Source: Fimbriimonadia bacterium
GTDB lineage: Bacteria; Armatimonadota; Fimbriimonadia; Fimbriimonadales; JABRVX01
Length of the DNA stretch: 64,000 bases
Reading direction: 5' to 3'
Assembly: GCA_041483895.1 (NCBI GenBank)
Contig: JBGPGO010000006.1
Span: forward strand, 159,198-223,197
Part shown: one piece after another, positions 30,840-41,351 of the stretch
Layout of the letters: the number at the start of each line of letters is the position of its first letter
Position numbering within the stretch: the stretch's first letter is position 1
Made by a program: the position numbers and the translations under genes
The notes under the pieces: generated by a model
What the model was told of the DNA's origin: nothing
Databases searched by the model: none
The model's input: the letters and a program-made list of their open reading frames with translations, nothing else

Positions 30840-33824
30840 ATGCTCAAACGGACTATCTTCCTGGCAACATGCGGGGCATTGGCCGCCTGTCTCATCCTCC
30901 CCCTTATGGCGGGGGATGCGCAGAAGATCAGCTTCCAGGAGCAGATTCTGCCGCTTATCAAAGGTCGGTGCCAATCGTGCCACAAAGGCGACGCCCCGCC
31001 GGCAGGGCTGAACCTCATGAGCGACACTGGCTGGAAAAAGGGCAGCGCCAACGGCAATGTCGTCAAAGCCGGGGACTCCAAGAATTCGGTGCTGGTCCAC
31101 CGAATCATGGGCCTGGACGGCAAGGCGCAGATGCCGATGAATTTCGCCCCGCTGCTGCCGGAAGAGATTCAGCGCATCAAAGACTGGATCGACCAAGGCG
31201 CGACCTACGACGCTCCGCGCAAGCATTGGGCCTATGTTGTTCCCAAGCGACCCGCCCTCCCCTCCGTCAAGCTGAAGGGCTGGGCGCTGAACCCAATCGA
31301 CAGTTTTGTGCTTGCCCGGATGGAGAAGGATGGCCTGAGACCATCGCCGGAGGCGAGCAAAGAGACCCTGATCCGCCGCGTTTCGCTGGACCTGATCGGC
31401 CTTCCGCCCACCATCGAAGAGATCACCGGCTTCGTCAACGACAAAAGCCCGAACGCGTACGAAAAGGTGGTCGACCGGCTGCTGGCCTCCCCCCACTACG
31501 GCGAGCGGCAGGCGCGGCCCTGGCTGGACCTATCGCGCTATGCAGACAGCAACGGGTACGAGAAGGACAACAATCGCGTCGCCTGGCCCTACCGAGACTG
31601 GCTAATCAATGCCTTCAACAAGAACCTGCCCTTCGACCAGTTCACCGTCCAGCAGCTTGCCGGCGACCTGCTGCCGCACCCGACCCTCGACCAACGGGTC
31701 GCGACCGGGTTCCACCGCAACACGATGAAGAACGAAGAGGGCGGGGTGGACCAGGACGAGGCGTTCTATGAAGTGCTCAACGATCGCGTAGCCACCACCG
31801 CCACCGTCTGGCTAGGGACGACGATGGGCTGCGCGAAGTGCCACAACCATAAGTATGACCCATTCACGCAGAAGGATTATTACAGGCTGTATGCGTTTTA
31901 TTCCAACAGCAACGTGAAGGCGGAAGGGCCGGCTTCCATAGGGGAAGAGAAGTATTACGAGCCTTCGATTCCTGTGCCGACTCCGGAGGCTGCAGCCAAG
32001 CTCGCGACCCTACGTCAAGAGGTCGAGGCGCTGGGCAAACAGTTTGATGCGGCGAAGCCCGCTGCGGTGGCGATGCTGGCGGATTGGGAGAAGCTGGCGG
32101 GAACGGAGTCGAATTGGCGGACCCTTTCGGCCTCGCAGGCAACCGCGGATAGTGGCGCATCGGTCGAAGCGCAGCCGGACAGTTCCTATCGTGTGACCGG
32201 CAAGAACCCGGAAAAAGACAGCTACACGGTCAACGCCACGATCCCAAGCGGCGGACTGGCGGGAATTCGATTGGAGGCGCTTTCTGATGGCGCGCTGCCC
32301 AACGGCGGACCGGGCCGCGCGGACAACGGCAACTTCGTTCTGACCTATATTTCCGCGACGCTGGACGGCAAAGCGGTGCCGCTAATGCTCGCGTCGCAGG
32401 ATCTGTTCCAAGACCAGTGGCCGGCAAGCGGCGCGCTAACGCAAGATATCAATTCCGGCTGGGCGATGCTGCCCGGTCTTGGCAAGAATCACCAGGCGGT
32501 ATTCCAACCACTGCAGCCGATGCAGGGCTCGAAATTGTCCGTCCGATTGGAATTCCAGTCCATCTATCCCCGCCATACGATCGGGCATTTCCGGCTCTCC
32601 GTGACGGAAGACGCGGACCCGGCGCTGCGCATGGTTCCGGAGCGGATCAAGACGCTGCTGAATAAGCAAAGGACGGAGAAAGAGTCTCAGGAACTTCAGG
32701 CCTATTATCTCTCGGTGGCCCCGGCGCTTGTCGACCTGAACGCGAAGAAAATGGCGGCGCAAAAGCAGCTCGACGACCTGACGGCGCAGCAGCCGGTGGC
32801 GCTGGTTATGCAGGAAAAGCCGGTCCCATATCCGCTCGCCGCCTGGGTCCATAAACGCGGCGAGTTCCTAACAAAGACGGAGTTGGTCTACGCGAGCACC
32901 CCGGCTTCTCTGCCGCCGATGCCAAAGGACCTGCCGCGCAATCGTCTCGGCCTCGCCGAATGGCTGGTCAGTCCCGAAAACCCGCTGACCGCACGCGTGG
33001 AGGTCAACCGGATTTGGGAGCAGTATTTTGGCCGCGGCATTGTCGAAACGTGCGAGGATTTTGGCACCCAGGGCGCGCGACCGACCCATCCCGAACTGCT
33101 CGATTGGTTGGCGACGGAATTCACGCGCACAGGCTGGGACATGAAGAAGATGAACCGCCTGATCGTTACCTCCGCCACCTATCGCCAGTCGTCCGCGGCA
33201 ACGCCCGAGCTGATCGAAAAAGACCCCCAGAATTTGCTCCTCGCCCGTGGCCCGCGCTTCCGCATGGAGGCCGAGATGATCCGCGACAATGCCCTCGCCG
33301 TCGCCGGATTGCTATCTCCCAAGATTGGCGGGCCAAGCGTTTATCCCGATCAGCCCGAGTTGGTTTGGAACACGCCATACAACGGCCAGGACTGGATGCC
33401 GAGCAAGGGGGAGGATCGGTTCCGACGAGGCATCTACACGTTTTGGAAGCGCTCGGCACCATATCCGGTCTTCCTGGTCTTTGACGCCACCAGCCGCGAG
33501 TACTGCACCGTCCGGCGCATCCGCACCAACACGCCGCTGCAGGCGCTCAATCTGATGAATGACACTACCTACATCGAGGCGGCGAAGGGGCTCGCGAAGC
33601 AAATGATTGAACACGGACTGTCTTACGGCTTCCAGCTCTGCACGGCGCGCCAACCTTCAGCGCAAGAATCAGAGCGCCTGCAACGTCTGTTCGAAAAAAC
33701 AGTCCAACATTATGAGGCGCAGCCGGAAGAGGCGAAGAAGCTGGCCGGTGATGCGACGACCTCCGCTTGGACGGTGGTAGCCAACGTGTTGCTCAATCTT
33801 GACGAGACGCTGACAAAAGGCTAA
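30840..33824 (+). CDS. PSD1/DUF1549/DUF1553 protein with planctomycete-type cytochrome c domain
   Basis: Signal peptide, CQSCH and CAKCH haem motifs, HWAY, NPIDSF, SPHYGER, PTHPELLDWLA, TNTPLQAL. Confidence 0.93.
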   Translation: MLKRTIFLATCGALAACLILPLMAGDAQKISFQEQILPLIKGRCQSCHKGDAPPAGLNLMSDTGWKKGSANGNVVKAGDSKNSVLVHRIMGLDGKAQMPMNFAPLLPEEIQRIKDWIDQGATYDAPRKHWAYVVPKRPALPSVKLKGWALNPIDSFVLARMEKDGLRPSPEASKETLIRRVSLDLIGLPPTIEEITGFVNDKSPNAYEKVVDRLLASPHYGERQARPWLDLSRYADSNGYEKDNNRVAWPYRDWLINAFNKNLPFDQFTVQQLAGDLLPHPTLDQRVATGFHRNTMKNEEGGVDQDEAFYEVLNDRVATTATVWLGTTMGCAKCHNHKYDPFTQKDYYRLYAFYSNSNVKAEGPASIGEEKYYEPSIPVPTPEAAAKLATLRQEVEALGKQFDAAKPAAVAMLADWEKLAGTESNWRTLSASQATADSGASVEAQPDSSYRVTGKNPEKDSYTVNATIPSGGLAGIRLEALSDGALPNGGPGRADNGNFVLTYISATLDGKAVPLMLASQDLFQDQWPASGALTQDINSGWAMLPGLGKNHQAVFQPLQPMQGSKLSVRLEFQSIYPRHTIGHFRLSVTEDADPALRMVPERIKTLLNKQRTEKESQELQAYYLSVAPALVDLNAKKMAAQKQLDDLTAQQPVALVMQEKPVPYPLAAWVHKRGEFLTKTELVYASTPASLPPMPKDLPRNRLGLAEWLVSPENPLTARVEVNRIWEQYFGRGIVETCEDFGTQGARPTHPELLDWLATEFTRTGWDMKKMNRLIVTSATYRQSSAATPELIEKDPQNLLLARGPRFRMEAEMIRDNALAVAGLLSPKIGGPSVYPDQPELVWNTPYNGQDWMPSKGEDRFRRGIYTFWKRSAPYPVFLVFDATSREYCTVRRIRTNTPLQALNLMNDTTYIEAAKGLAKQMIEHGLSYGFQLCTARQPSAQESERLQRLFEKTVQHYEAQPEEAKKLAGDATTSAWTVVANVLLNLDETLTKG

Positions 33825-33827
33825 ACG

Positions 33828-35282
33828 ATGGATAAGAAAGAATTCGACCAATACCTGCTCCGAAAGCTGACGCGGCGGACGCTGTTCAAAGAGGTCGGTT
33901 ACGGCATAGGCGGACTGGCTCTGAGTTCGCTGCTATCCGACAGCCTGTTTGCGTCTACGATCAAAGAAGATCAGATGGCGCCGAAAAAACCGCACTTTCC
34001 GGCAAAAGCGAAGAGCGTCATCTATCTGTTTATGGCGGGCGCGCCGTCCCAGTTGGACCTATTCGATCCGAAGCCGACATTAGTGAAGTTCGATGGCCAG
34101 CCGTGCCCGGATGAGCTGCTCAAAGGCGAGCGGTTTGCGTTCATCAAGGGTGTGCCGAAAATGCTCGGCTCGCCGTTCAAGTTCGAGGCCTGCGGGCAAT
34201 CGGGACAGATGATCTCCGAAATGCTGCCGCATCTCAAGACCGTGGCTGACGACATTTCCGTCATCCGCACCATGAACACGGAGCAGTTCAACCACGCGCC
34301 GGGGCAGATATTCATGAACACCGGCTTCCAGATTCCCGGCCGGCCGAGCATGGGATCGTGGATGACGTACGGGTTGGGGACGGAGAACAGGGACCTTCCC
34401 GGTTTTGTCGTGCTGATTTCCGGGCAGAACAACCCCGACGGTGGCAAGTCCTGTTGGGGCAGCGGCTTCCTTCCCACCATCTTCCAGGGCGTGGAGTTCC
34501 GATCGAAGGGTGATGCGGTGCTGTATGTTACCGATCCGTCCGGCATCACGCGCGAGATCAAGCGCGAGGAGCTCGATGCGCTGGGCGACCTGAACCGAAT
34601 GAATTTGGAGAAGACGCAGGATCCGGAAATAGAAACGCGCATCGCGCAATATGAATTGGCCTATCGCATGCAGACCAGCGTGCCGGACTTGATGGACATC
34701 GCCAAGGAGACCCCGGAGACCCACGCGATGTATGGTACCGAACCGGGGAAGGCGTCGTTCGCCAACAACTGCCTGCTGGCGCGGCGATTGGTGGAGCGGG
34801 GCGTGCGGTTCGTGCAACTCTACCATCGCGGTTGGGACCACCACGGCGACAACATGAGCAACGATATAAAGCACGGCCTGCCGGACCTTTGCGGCCAGAC
34901 GGATAAGGCGGCGACGGCCCTATTGAAAGATTTGAAACAGCGCGGGTTGCTGGATTCCACCATTGTGGTTTGGGGCGGAGAGTTTGGCCGCACGCCGATG
35001 AAAGAAGGGCGCGCGGGCGTCACCTTCCCTGGCCGCGACCACCATCCGCACGCGTACAGCATGTGGGTGGCGGGCGGCGGGATTAAGACGGGGGTTTCGC
35101 TGGGCAAGACGGACGAGTTGGGCTACCTGCCGGTGGAGGATCCGGTGAACGTTCATGATCTGCACGCGACCATCCTGCACCAGATGGGCCTCGACCATAC
35201 CCACCTGACCTTCCACTACCAGGGTCGCCAGTTCCGCCTGACCGACGTGGCGGGGGTGGTGTTGGATAAGTTGGTTGGGTAG
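33828..35282 (+). CDS. DUF1501 domain protein (Tat-like signal)
   Basis: TRRTLF twin-arginine, [38 protein letters not shown]. Usual partner of PSD1 genes. Confidence 0.93.
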   Translation: MDKKEFDQYLLRKLTRRTLFKEVGYGIGGLALSSLLSDSLFASTIKEDQMAPKKPHFPAKAKSVIYLFMAGAPSQLDLFDPKPTLVKFDGQPCPDELLKGERFAFIKGVPKMLGSPFKFEACGQSGQMISEMLPHLKTVADDISVIRTMNTEQFNHAPGQIFMNTGFQIPGRPSMGSWMTYGLGTENRDLPGFVVLISGQNNPDGGKSCWGSGFLPTIFQGVEFRSKGDAVLYVTDPSGITREIKREELDALGDLNRMNLEKTQDPEIETRIAQYELAYRMQTSVPDLMDIAKETPETHAMYGTEPGKASFANNCLLARRLVERGVRFVQLYHRGWDHHGDNMSNDIKHGLPDLCGQTDKAATALLKDLKQRGLLDSTIVVWGGEFGRTPMKEGRAGVTFPGRDHHPHAYSMWVAGGGIKTGVSLGKTDELGYLPVEDPVNVHDLHATILHQMGLDHTHLTFHYQGRQFRLTDVAGVVLDKLVG

Positions 35283-35432
35283 GCGCGTAAACAACTTAGC
35301 CGCAGCCCCATTTTCCATGTCTCCATTCTCTCCCGTTGCGCAGTCAGAATTGGCCCTGCCTGGTTTTGAATGTACTTGAATCAATCGACCGATGGTCGTC
35401 GGCCGGGGAAGCGCATGGAGGCATTAGACCAG

Positions 35433-36452
35433 TTACCCCGGCGTTGGTTTCGGTCGACCGAAGAACTCGTTCGAGATGCGGGTGAATTCGCTTGTTGGGC
35501 TTTCCTCAGGATCGACGCGGCGAAAGACACTAGCGATTGAATCTTCGCTCCCACCAATGAACACATCCTTCGAGAAGAGCTCCGAGCATGCCTTCTGAAT
35601 CGAGTGAAGAGACGGATGGTTCCACACAAACACCTTGAGCCCGTGGTCCTGGATCGCACCAACCAAAGCCGCTTTGATGTGCTCGTCGTTCATACTGCAG
35701 CCAATGATCATCAGTAGCGTTCCAGGTTTCGATAGAACGGCCTCAAAAAGGGCAAAATAGGACCGCAACAACGCATTTTGACGGATTTTTGATTCCTTGG
35801 TTTTGCCCATGATCATGATCTGCTTATCCCTATCAAACCAATTGGCAGAACCATGCAATTTGATGTAATTGAAAGAGCCGCGATAGGTCTCAGTTCCGCA
35901 GGCGCCAATGTCCGTCTTCCACCCAGAAAACGGCAGGTCATTTGGATAGCCACCAGAAATTTGGTGCATTGCTGGCGGCCTATTTACGGGCATGTTCGAT
36001 TCTCCAAATGGTATTGAGAGTGCCGGGCACCGCCATTGCTCCATATACTTTCGCTCCACAAGCAAGTCTTGATTTAATGTGAAGATGTAGCCCGTGTCGA
36101 CGGATCTGTCTTCGTTCCACCGGAATCCATTGATCATTCGCCAGAACAATTTGTCAGCTATTTGTCGCAAATGCGATTGCTGATTCTGGTCCCGATCCAT
36201 TCGGTCGAAAGCCGTCGTGATTGCGTTCTGGAGATCTGTTACTGCGTCCGGCTCTTGTTCAAGACAGTACTCCCAAACGCCCTCGTAATCCGAGGTTTCG
36301 ATTAGTTTGCGCCGAATGTTCTCATGCCGCTTCAGGGCTGGATCTCCGTATACCTGGAGACACACCTCTGCCGCCAATCTTCCGCCCCAGTCCTTGCTAA
36401 AGCCTGCGCCTGTCAGCAGTACGTGATGACCAAAGTTGCCTGTTTCCATCAC
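35433..36452 (-). CDS. SIR2-like (SIR2_2) domain protein, putative NADase
   Basis: LLTGAGFS, IFTLNQDLLVE, YIKLHGSANW and IIGCSMNDEHI motifs. DNA is AT-richer than its flanks. Confidence 0.8.
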   Translation of the reverse strand: MMETGNFGHHVLLTGAGFSKDWGGRLAAEVCLQVYGDPALKRHENIRRKLIETSDYEGVWEYCLEQEPDAVTDLQNAITTAFDRMDRDQNQQSHLRQIADKLFWRMINGFRWNEDRSVDTGYIFTLNQDLLVERKYMEQWRCPALSIPFGESNMPVNRPPAMHQISGGYPNDLPFSGWKTDIGACGTETYRGSFNYIKLHGSANWFDRDKQIMIMGKTKESKIRQNALLRSYFALFEAVLSKPGTLLMIIGCSMNDEHIKAALVGAIQDHGLKVFVWNHPSLHSIQKACSELFSKDVFIGGSEDSIASVFRRVDPEESPTSEFTRISNEFFGRPKPTPG

Positions 36453-36617
36453 CGTAAGCGTACCTCACCCCATTGGCTCGGCCGGACAGCCCAACCAATC
36501 AAGTTCGGGGTTGCATGCCTACGGACTGGCGATGAGATTGCTCCACCAAGCTCTACCACCATGATACGGATTACATTTTGGTGGTAAGATGACTTAGGAT
36601 AGGAGGAGGTACCGACG

Positions 36618-38369
36618 GTGCGACATATGGTTTGGTTACTTTCAAGCCTCCTGGTGGGAGTGGCCGCCGCATCGGCATTTTGCGACAATGGGTGCGATTT
36701 GCATCTTCGCCGAGCGGCCAGTGTCAGCAAAAAGCCCGATCTTGCACAGTTTGAGCAAACAATTGCGGGTCAGATTCTGATTTCCCTAGAACCAGGAACA
36801 ACGGTTGCTGAGGCAAGAGAATTCGCCGCGAATCATGATCTTGAATACATGCGCGCAATGACAGTGCCCGATCGATTTGTTTTCCGCGTCAAGGAATGGC
36901 GATTGCTAACAGCAAACCAATTGGCCGCCGAAAAGTGCCGAGCGTTAGAAAATACCCCAGTCACGCATTTCATAGAATTGAACACTACTCGTTCAGTACA
37001 GGATCAAACGCCGAACGACCCGCTATACGGCCAGATGTGGGCTTTGAAACAGATCAAGGCGCCGCAGGCATGGGACTTTCAGAAAGGTTCGGGCGGCATC
37101 ACTATCTGCGTCCTGGACATCTCGGTCGAGATGGCCCATCCGGACTTCCAACTGCCGGGAGGAGATTCTCGCTTGCTTCCGGGTTACAACGTCGTTACGA
37201 ACGGCACCGATGCAAGCCCTGATCCCAACTGGCAATTCTCCCATGGCACGGGCGTTGCGGGGATCACATGTGCAGCCACAAACAACGGTCTAATGGTAGC
37301 AGGTCTTTGTTGGGAAGGCGTAAAGGTCTACCCAATTCGCGCCTCCGACAATCCATTTTTTTTGTCGCTCGATCTTCTTGAAGAGGCCTATCAGCGGGTG
37401 AAGGACTATAACACAGAGCCCGGTCATCCCAAGATTGCTGTGTTGAACCTAAGTTTTGGTGGATCATATAAGTCAGAATTCGAAGGCGCGATGTTGCATG
37501 ACATCCGCGAACAGGGAACGCTAATATTCGCCGCCGCAGGTAATGAACGCCCGTTCGGTCCACCCGGCTGGCCCGCCAATTGGCCGGATGTTATCTCGGT
37601 TGCGGCGACCGCCAATGGCGGAGGAATAGCCAGCTATTCTAGTCAAGGCGATAGCAACGGACACAAGGTCGACATCGCCGCTCCTGGCGGAGATGGTTTC
37701 GGGGCAGATGGAGACATGACGCTGTTAGAAATGCGTGGCACGACGTCGCTCGGAGTGGGAACATCTTATTCATGTGCAATGGCCTCTGGCGCTGCGGCAC
37801 TATTGATTTCGAGCGATTTCCAGCCCGACCAGGTGTTTGACGTTCTAAGGCAAACTGCCAATCCGCGCGGTCAATCCGTCCCGAATCAGGATTACGGCTA
37901 CGGCGAGATCGACCTTTTCAAAGCAATCCAACTCGCGAAGACTCTGCCCTTCGAAGGCAAAATCAGGTTCGAATTCCTTCGATCGGCATCGCCCCCAACA
38001 TCTTGTACGCTACGCCTCGACTACTCCAAATCCGGCAGTAGAACGGTGGACGTGTACCTCGACGTAGACGGCAACTTCAAAACTGCTGTCCTACCTGATC
38101 TGTTCACCGTTTCGTGCAAGTACACGCATTGGCTCCGAAAATCCGCTATTGTTGACGCGAGAGATGGGGCAGCCGAATCTGTGGAGCTCGAACTGCCAAA
38201 TGGAGACGGCTTCGGTAATAATAATGCGGTTGACATACGTGACTTGAATCTTGAATTTCTCTGGTACGGGCTGACCAATCCGGATGCTGATCTAAATGGA
38301 GATGGAGCGACCGACTTGTTCGATATTACAATCGTATTCCTAAATTTCGGTCTCGTCGGTGATCCGTAA
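36618..38369 (+). CDS. Secreted S8 subtilisin-like peptidase with C-terminal dockerin-like domain
   Basis: PNDP, VLD, SHGTGVAG, AAAGN and GTSYS catalytic motifs. C-terminal DLNGDGATDLFD...FLNFGLVGDP. Confidence 0.88.
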   Translation: MRHMVWLLSSLLVGVAAASAFCDNGCDLHLRRAASVSKKPDLAQFEQTIAGQILISLEPGTTVAEAREFAANHDLEYMRAMTVPDRFVFRVKEWRLLTANQLAAEKCRALENTPVTHFIELNTTRSVQDQTPNDPLYGQMWALKQIKAPQAWDFQKGSGGITICVLDISVEMAHPDFQLPGGDSRLLPGYNVVTNGTDASPDPNWQFSHGTGVAGITCAATNNGLMVAGLCWEGVKVYPIRASDNPFFLSLDLLEEAYQRVKDYNTEPGHPKIAVLNLSFGGSYKSEFEGAMLHDIREQGTLIFAAAGNERPFGPPGWPANWPDVISVAATANGGGIASYSSQGDSNGHKVDIAAPGGDGFGADGDMTLLEMRGTTSLGVGTSYSCAMASGAAALLISSDFQPDQVFDVLRQTANPRGQSVPNQDYGYGEIDLFKAIQLAKTLPFEGKIRFEFLRSASPPTSCTLRLDYSKSGSRTVDVYLDVDGNFKTAVLPDLFTVSCKYTHWLRKSAIVDARDGAAESVELELPNGDGFGNNNAVDIRDLNLEFLWYGLTNPDADLNGDGATDLFDITIVFLNFGLVGDP

Positions 38370-38431
38370 TTTTTAGCCTCCAACTCGGGGGCGGATGGAA
38401 TGCACTCACTTCGTCACGCCCTATCGTAAGT

Positions 38432-38524
38432 CTAAGATGCAATCCCTTGTATGTTGTTCCCAGGGCTTAAAAGCTCTGGGAACAACATACAAGGGATTGC
38501 GGTAACCAAAACGCTATAAGCCAT
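38432..38524 (-). pseudogene. Truncated RelE/ParE-like toxin start (MAYSVLVT...) running into a palindrome
   Basis: ATG overlaps the antitoxin end by 11 nt. The first 8 codons resemble RelE/ParE N-termini, then the frame enters a perfect inverted repeat and stops. Confidence 0.5.
38439..38500. repeat. Perfect 25-bp inverted repeat
   Basis: GCAATCCCTTGTATGTTGTTCCCAG (38439-38463) and its exact reverse complement (38476-38500). Confidence 0.95.
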
Positions 38525-38795
38525 ATTCTTCCTTGATTTCTCTTAACATGTCCGCCGCCGGTCGGACCCGGCCTTCCAACACGTCCTTCTCCCCCTCTCG
38601 AATCGCCGCAATCAGGTGGTCCCGTTCCAGCCGGTCTTCCATCTCCTGATAGGTCGCGGGATCAACCAACACCGCCTGCACCTTGCCGTTCACGGTAAGG
38701 AGCACGGGCTCCTTCGTCTCGTTGAGGTGTTCGATAAACTCCCTGGCGTTCCGCTGAAAGTCTGTTAACGGGTAACAATTCGTGATATTGGCCAT
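38514..38795 (-). CDS. Phd/YefM family antitoxin
   Basis: LTDFQRNAREFIEHLNETKEPVLLTVNGKVQAVLVD Phd fold. AGGAG RBS. Confidence 0.88.
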   Translation of the reverse strand: MANITNCYPLTDFQRNAREFIEHLNETKEPVLLTVNGKVQAVLVDPATYQEMEDRLERDHLIAAIREGEKDVLEGRVRPAADMLREIKEEYGL

Positions 38796-38809
38796 GGCAA
38801 ACTCCTAGC

Positions 38810-38834
38810 ATGTTTATTTCATGCTTATTCCATG
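38810..38834 (-). promoter_or_regulatory. Putative TA promoter/operator, identical copy at 41366-41390
   Basis: ATGTTTATTTCATGCTTATTCCATG with CATG recurring every 11 nt, directly upstream of the antitoxin. Confidence 0.6.
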
Positions 38835-39053
38835 ATACCATACCATGATGAATTTTGAATCCCTCCACAATCACATTGTGGGAGGGCTTGGCTGACCAAG
38901 GTTGACCCCTCTCATCCCGGCGCATCAGATTCCAGGACCTCGTACTCTCCCCAATGTGATTGAGAAGAGATTTAATTCTGAACGACGAGCCCTGACCCAG
39001 GGTATGCCAAATCGCCCAAGACCGCCCGACGTTCCACGAATCCAGGCGGGAGG

Positions 39054-39980
39054 TCAGCGTCGGCGACGCTTAACGACAAGACCCATGCCGAAGGCCCACA
39101 AGACGAGCGAGCTCGGCTCGGGAACAGTGGCGTAAAACGAGTGGGTGGTAAAGTCGTCGTCGATCGTACCGACTACAAGACCAAGATTATTTATTCCCGT
39201 GCCGCTCGGATTATAGTCCCCATCCGGCGTGTCGAAGAAGCGATAGCTGCCGTCCGTTTGGCGAACATAGCCGCTGCCATCGGTTCCTCCTGTAATCACT
39301 CCACTTTCGTTCAGGCCGTTTGCGAAGGTCAAAGCTGCGCCAGGAGCATCGAAGGAAAAGATGCTCCCATCCAGGGAGCGCAAGAACCCATGGTAGTTGA
39401 GGTCGCTTGTTTGGTAGGTACCGACGACCTGGCCACTATCATTGATGCCGGATGCGCGCGTGGCTACAGCGCCGGGAACGTCGAATAGAGTGAAGGACCC
39501 GCTTGCGCTTCGAAGAAAACCGTGCACCATGTTCGTAGCGTCCCAGTAGACCCCCACAGTCGCGCCGCTGTCATTGATGGCTCCGCCCGCGGTTTTTGAC
39601 GCTCCCGGCACATCAAAATAGGTGAAGCTCGTGCCGTCGGTAATGAAGGCATGACGCATGGCGAAACCCGCCGGGCCGAATTGTCCGGTCATCTGGCCGT
39701 TATTGCTGATGTCTCCCAGAATGGTGAAGCCCGCGCCAGGAACAGTCAGAGACGTAAACGTACCGTCGGTCGCCCGGACAAAGCCGAGCGGACTTCCAGT
39801 AGAGTCTTCAAAGCCAACGATCACGCCTGCGTCGTTAACGCCCGAAGCAGCAGTGTAAGAATCACCAGTCGCGCCCGGCGCATCGAAGATCGTCAGCGGA
39901 ATATCTTGGGCCAAAGCGGTTAATGGAGCGCCAAGGGCCAGAGCAGCTAGGCTCAGGAGGATTTTGGGGCGCGCAATCAT
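39054..39980 (-). CDS. PEP-CTERM protein with HAF-like GIND repeats
   Basis: Signal peptide from ATG 39980, repeated FDVPGA..T.A.GINDSG.VVG units, VPEPSSLVLWAFGMGLVVKRRRR tail. Confidence 0.88.
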   Translation of the reverse strand: MIARPKILLSLAALALGAPLTALAQDIPLTIFDAPGATGDSYTAASGVNDAGVIVGFEDSTGSPLGFVRATDGTFTSLTVPGAGFTILGDISNNGQMTGQFGPAGFAMRHAFITDGTSFTYFDVPGASKTAGGAINDSGATVGVYWDATNMVHGFLRSASGSFTLFDVPGAVATRASGINDSGQVVGTYQTSDLNYHGFLRSLDGSIFSFDAPGAALTFANGLNESGVITGGTDGSGYVRQTDGSYRFFDTPDGDYNPSGTGINNLGLVVGTIDDDFTTHSFYATVPEPSSLVLWAFGMGLVVKRRRR

Positions 39981-40969
39981 TCCCGTTCTCCTTTCGCTGC
40001 AGGACGGCGCGACAAGAGCCCCCCACCACACCGGCGGCGTAGAAGAGGAGCGAGTAAGCACGCAAGACAGATCAGTGTGCTCGGTTCGGGCACCGGTGCG
40101 AACGCTATCGGGCCTACTGCCCCGTCAGCGAACTGATCGTAGGCACCCGTGACCCCATTAAAGCGGCTAATCTGATTGGCGCCGAAGTCGGTTACGTACA
40201 AGTTGCCATCCGGCCCAAAGATCGACCAGTCGGGAAAATTCAGGCCATCACCAGAAGCAAAAATGCCCTGATAGACTCCTGTCGTGCCGTCATAGCGCAA
40301 TATCTCGTGGTTAGTGCGGCTGGTTACATAGAGGTTCCCATCGGGGCCAAAGCCAAGGCCAAACGGATCTTGCAGATCGCCACCCGACGTGAATACACCC
40401 CGCGACGCGCCCGTCTGCCCGTCAAAGCTATACACTTGCTTCTTGATATTATCGGTCACGTAGAGGTTGTGATCGGGGCCGAATTGCAAGTCGTAAAATG
40501 CACCTCCAACCTCACCCTTATAGTCGCTCTTAAGAATTCCGGTTACACTGTCATATCCAAGAAGATGGCCGCGAAAAGGATCGATGACGTGGCCGCTCGC
40601 ATCGAGCACAGCGTAGGAATCCACGTTGTAGATCGTTCCATCGGCCCCAACCGCGAGACTGTTGCCGCCCGCGTCTGAAGTGACCGTTCTTACGTAGGCC
40701 CCGGAGCCCCCATCAAACTGGGCAATCTCATAATTATCGAGATCGCTGGCGTAAAGAACGCCGCCTGGCCCGAAGGCCAACCCCGAGGGCGAAGAGAAAC
40801 CATAACCAGAAGTGAAAGCGCCTTGGTTGGCGCCCGTGTGGATGTCATAACGCACGACCTGCTCCGCACCATAATCGGTTACGTAAAGAGATTGCGCTTG
40901 GGCGACGCTAACAAAAGCAGCGAGGGAAGCGGTGAGCGCGAACGCGCTGCCGCGGTTAAAATCAGACAA
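39977..40969 (-). CDS. PEP-CTERM protein with Vgb/NHL-like beta-propeller
   Basis: TTG 40969 after AAGGAGAGG. Repeated FGPDGNLYV units. VPEPSTLICLACLLAPLLRRR followed by a short extension. Confidence 0.85.
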   Translation of the reverse strand: MSDFNRGSAFALTASLAAFVSVAQAQSLYVTDYGAEQVVRYDIHTGANQGAFTSGYGFSSPSGLAFGPGGVLYASDLDNYEIAQFDGGSGAYVRTVTSDAGGNSLAVGADGTIYNVDSYAVLDASGHVIDPFRGHLLGYDSVTGILKSDYKGEVGGAFYDLQFGPDHNLYVTDNIKKQVYSFDGQTGASRGVFTSGGDLQDPFGLGFGPDGNLYVTSRTNHEILRYDGTTGVYQGIFASGDGLNFPDWSIFGPDGNLYVTDFGANQISRFNGVTGAYDQFADGAVGPIAFAPVPEPSTLICLACLLAPLLRRRCGGGLLSRRPAAKGERE

Positions 40970-41294
40970 TTTGTACCTCTCCTTGGGGCTCTGGGTAAGT
41001 CCACGTACGAACAAGAGTCTACGCGAACAATTGAACAATAAATCCTTGCAGAAGTGTATTCACAGTTCACCATCCGAATGCAAAACAAATATTCCGCTCG
41101 TCGGCCACATAGTTTGTCTATGAAACCCACTACACTATATCACGATTACGCTAGAATTGCCAGGCCCATCCGCATGCGCCCTTCGAAAGCTAAGGGTGAC
41201 CGACCGAGCGACTCGCAATAAGCTTGGGCGCCACGAGGTCGGCGGTCGGGTAATAATGATCGAAGACGAGACTGACGTGCCGCAGTCCAACGAA

Positions 41295-41351
41295 CTACTT
41301 CGCGTTGCGTTGGAAGTCGGTAAGCGAGTAGCAATATGTGATGTTCGCCAT
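41295..41351 (-). pseudogene. Truncated second copy of the Phd antitoxin
   Basis: MANITYCYSLTDFQRNAK* versus MANITNCYPLTDFQRNAREF. GAG to TAG change. Same 25-nt upstream element. Confidence 0.85.

Noticed and set aside
35290..35385. IS200/RAYT remnant suggested by a minus-strand FKYIQNQ peptide
   Set aside because: Only the short Y..NQ-like motif is present and no HUH motif is visible, so it could be chance.
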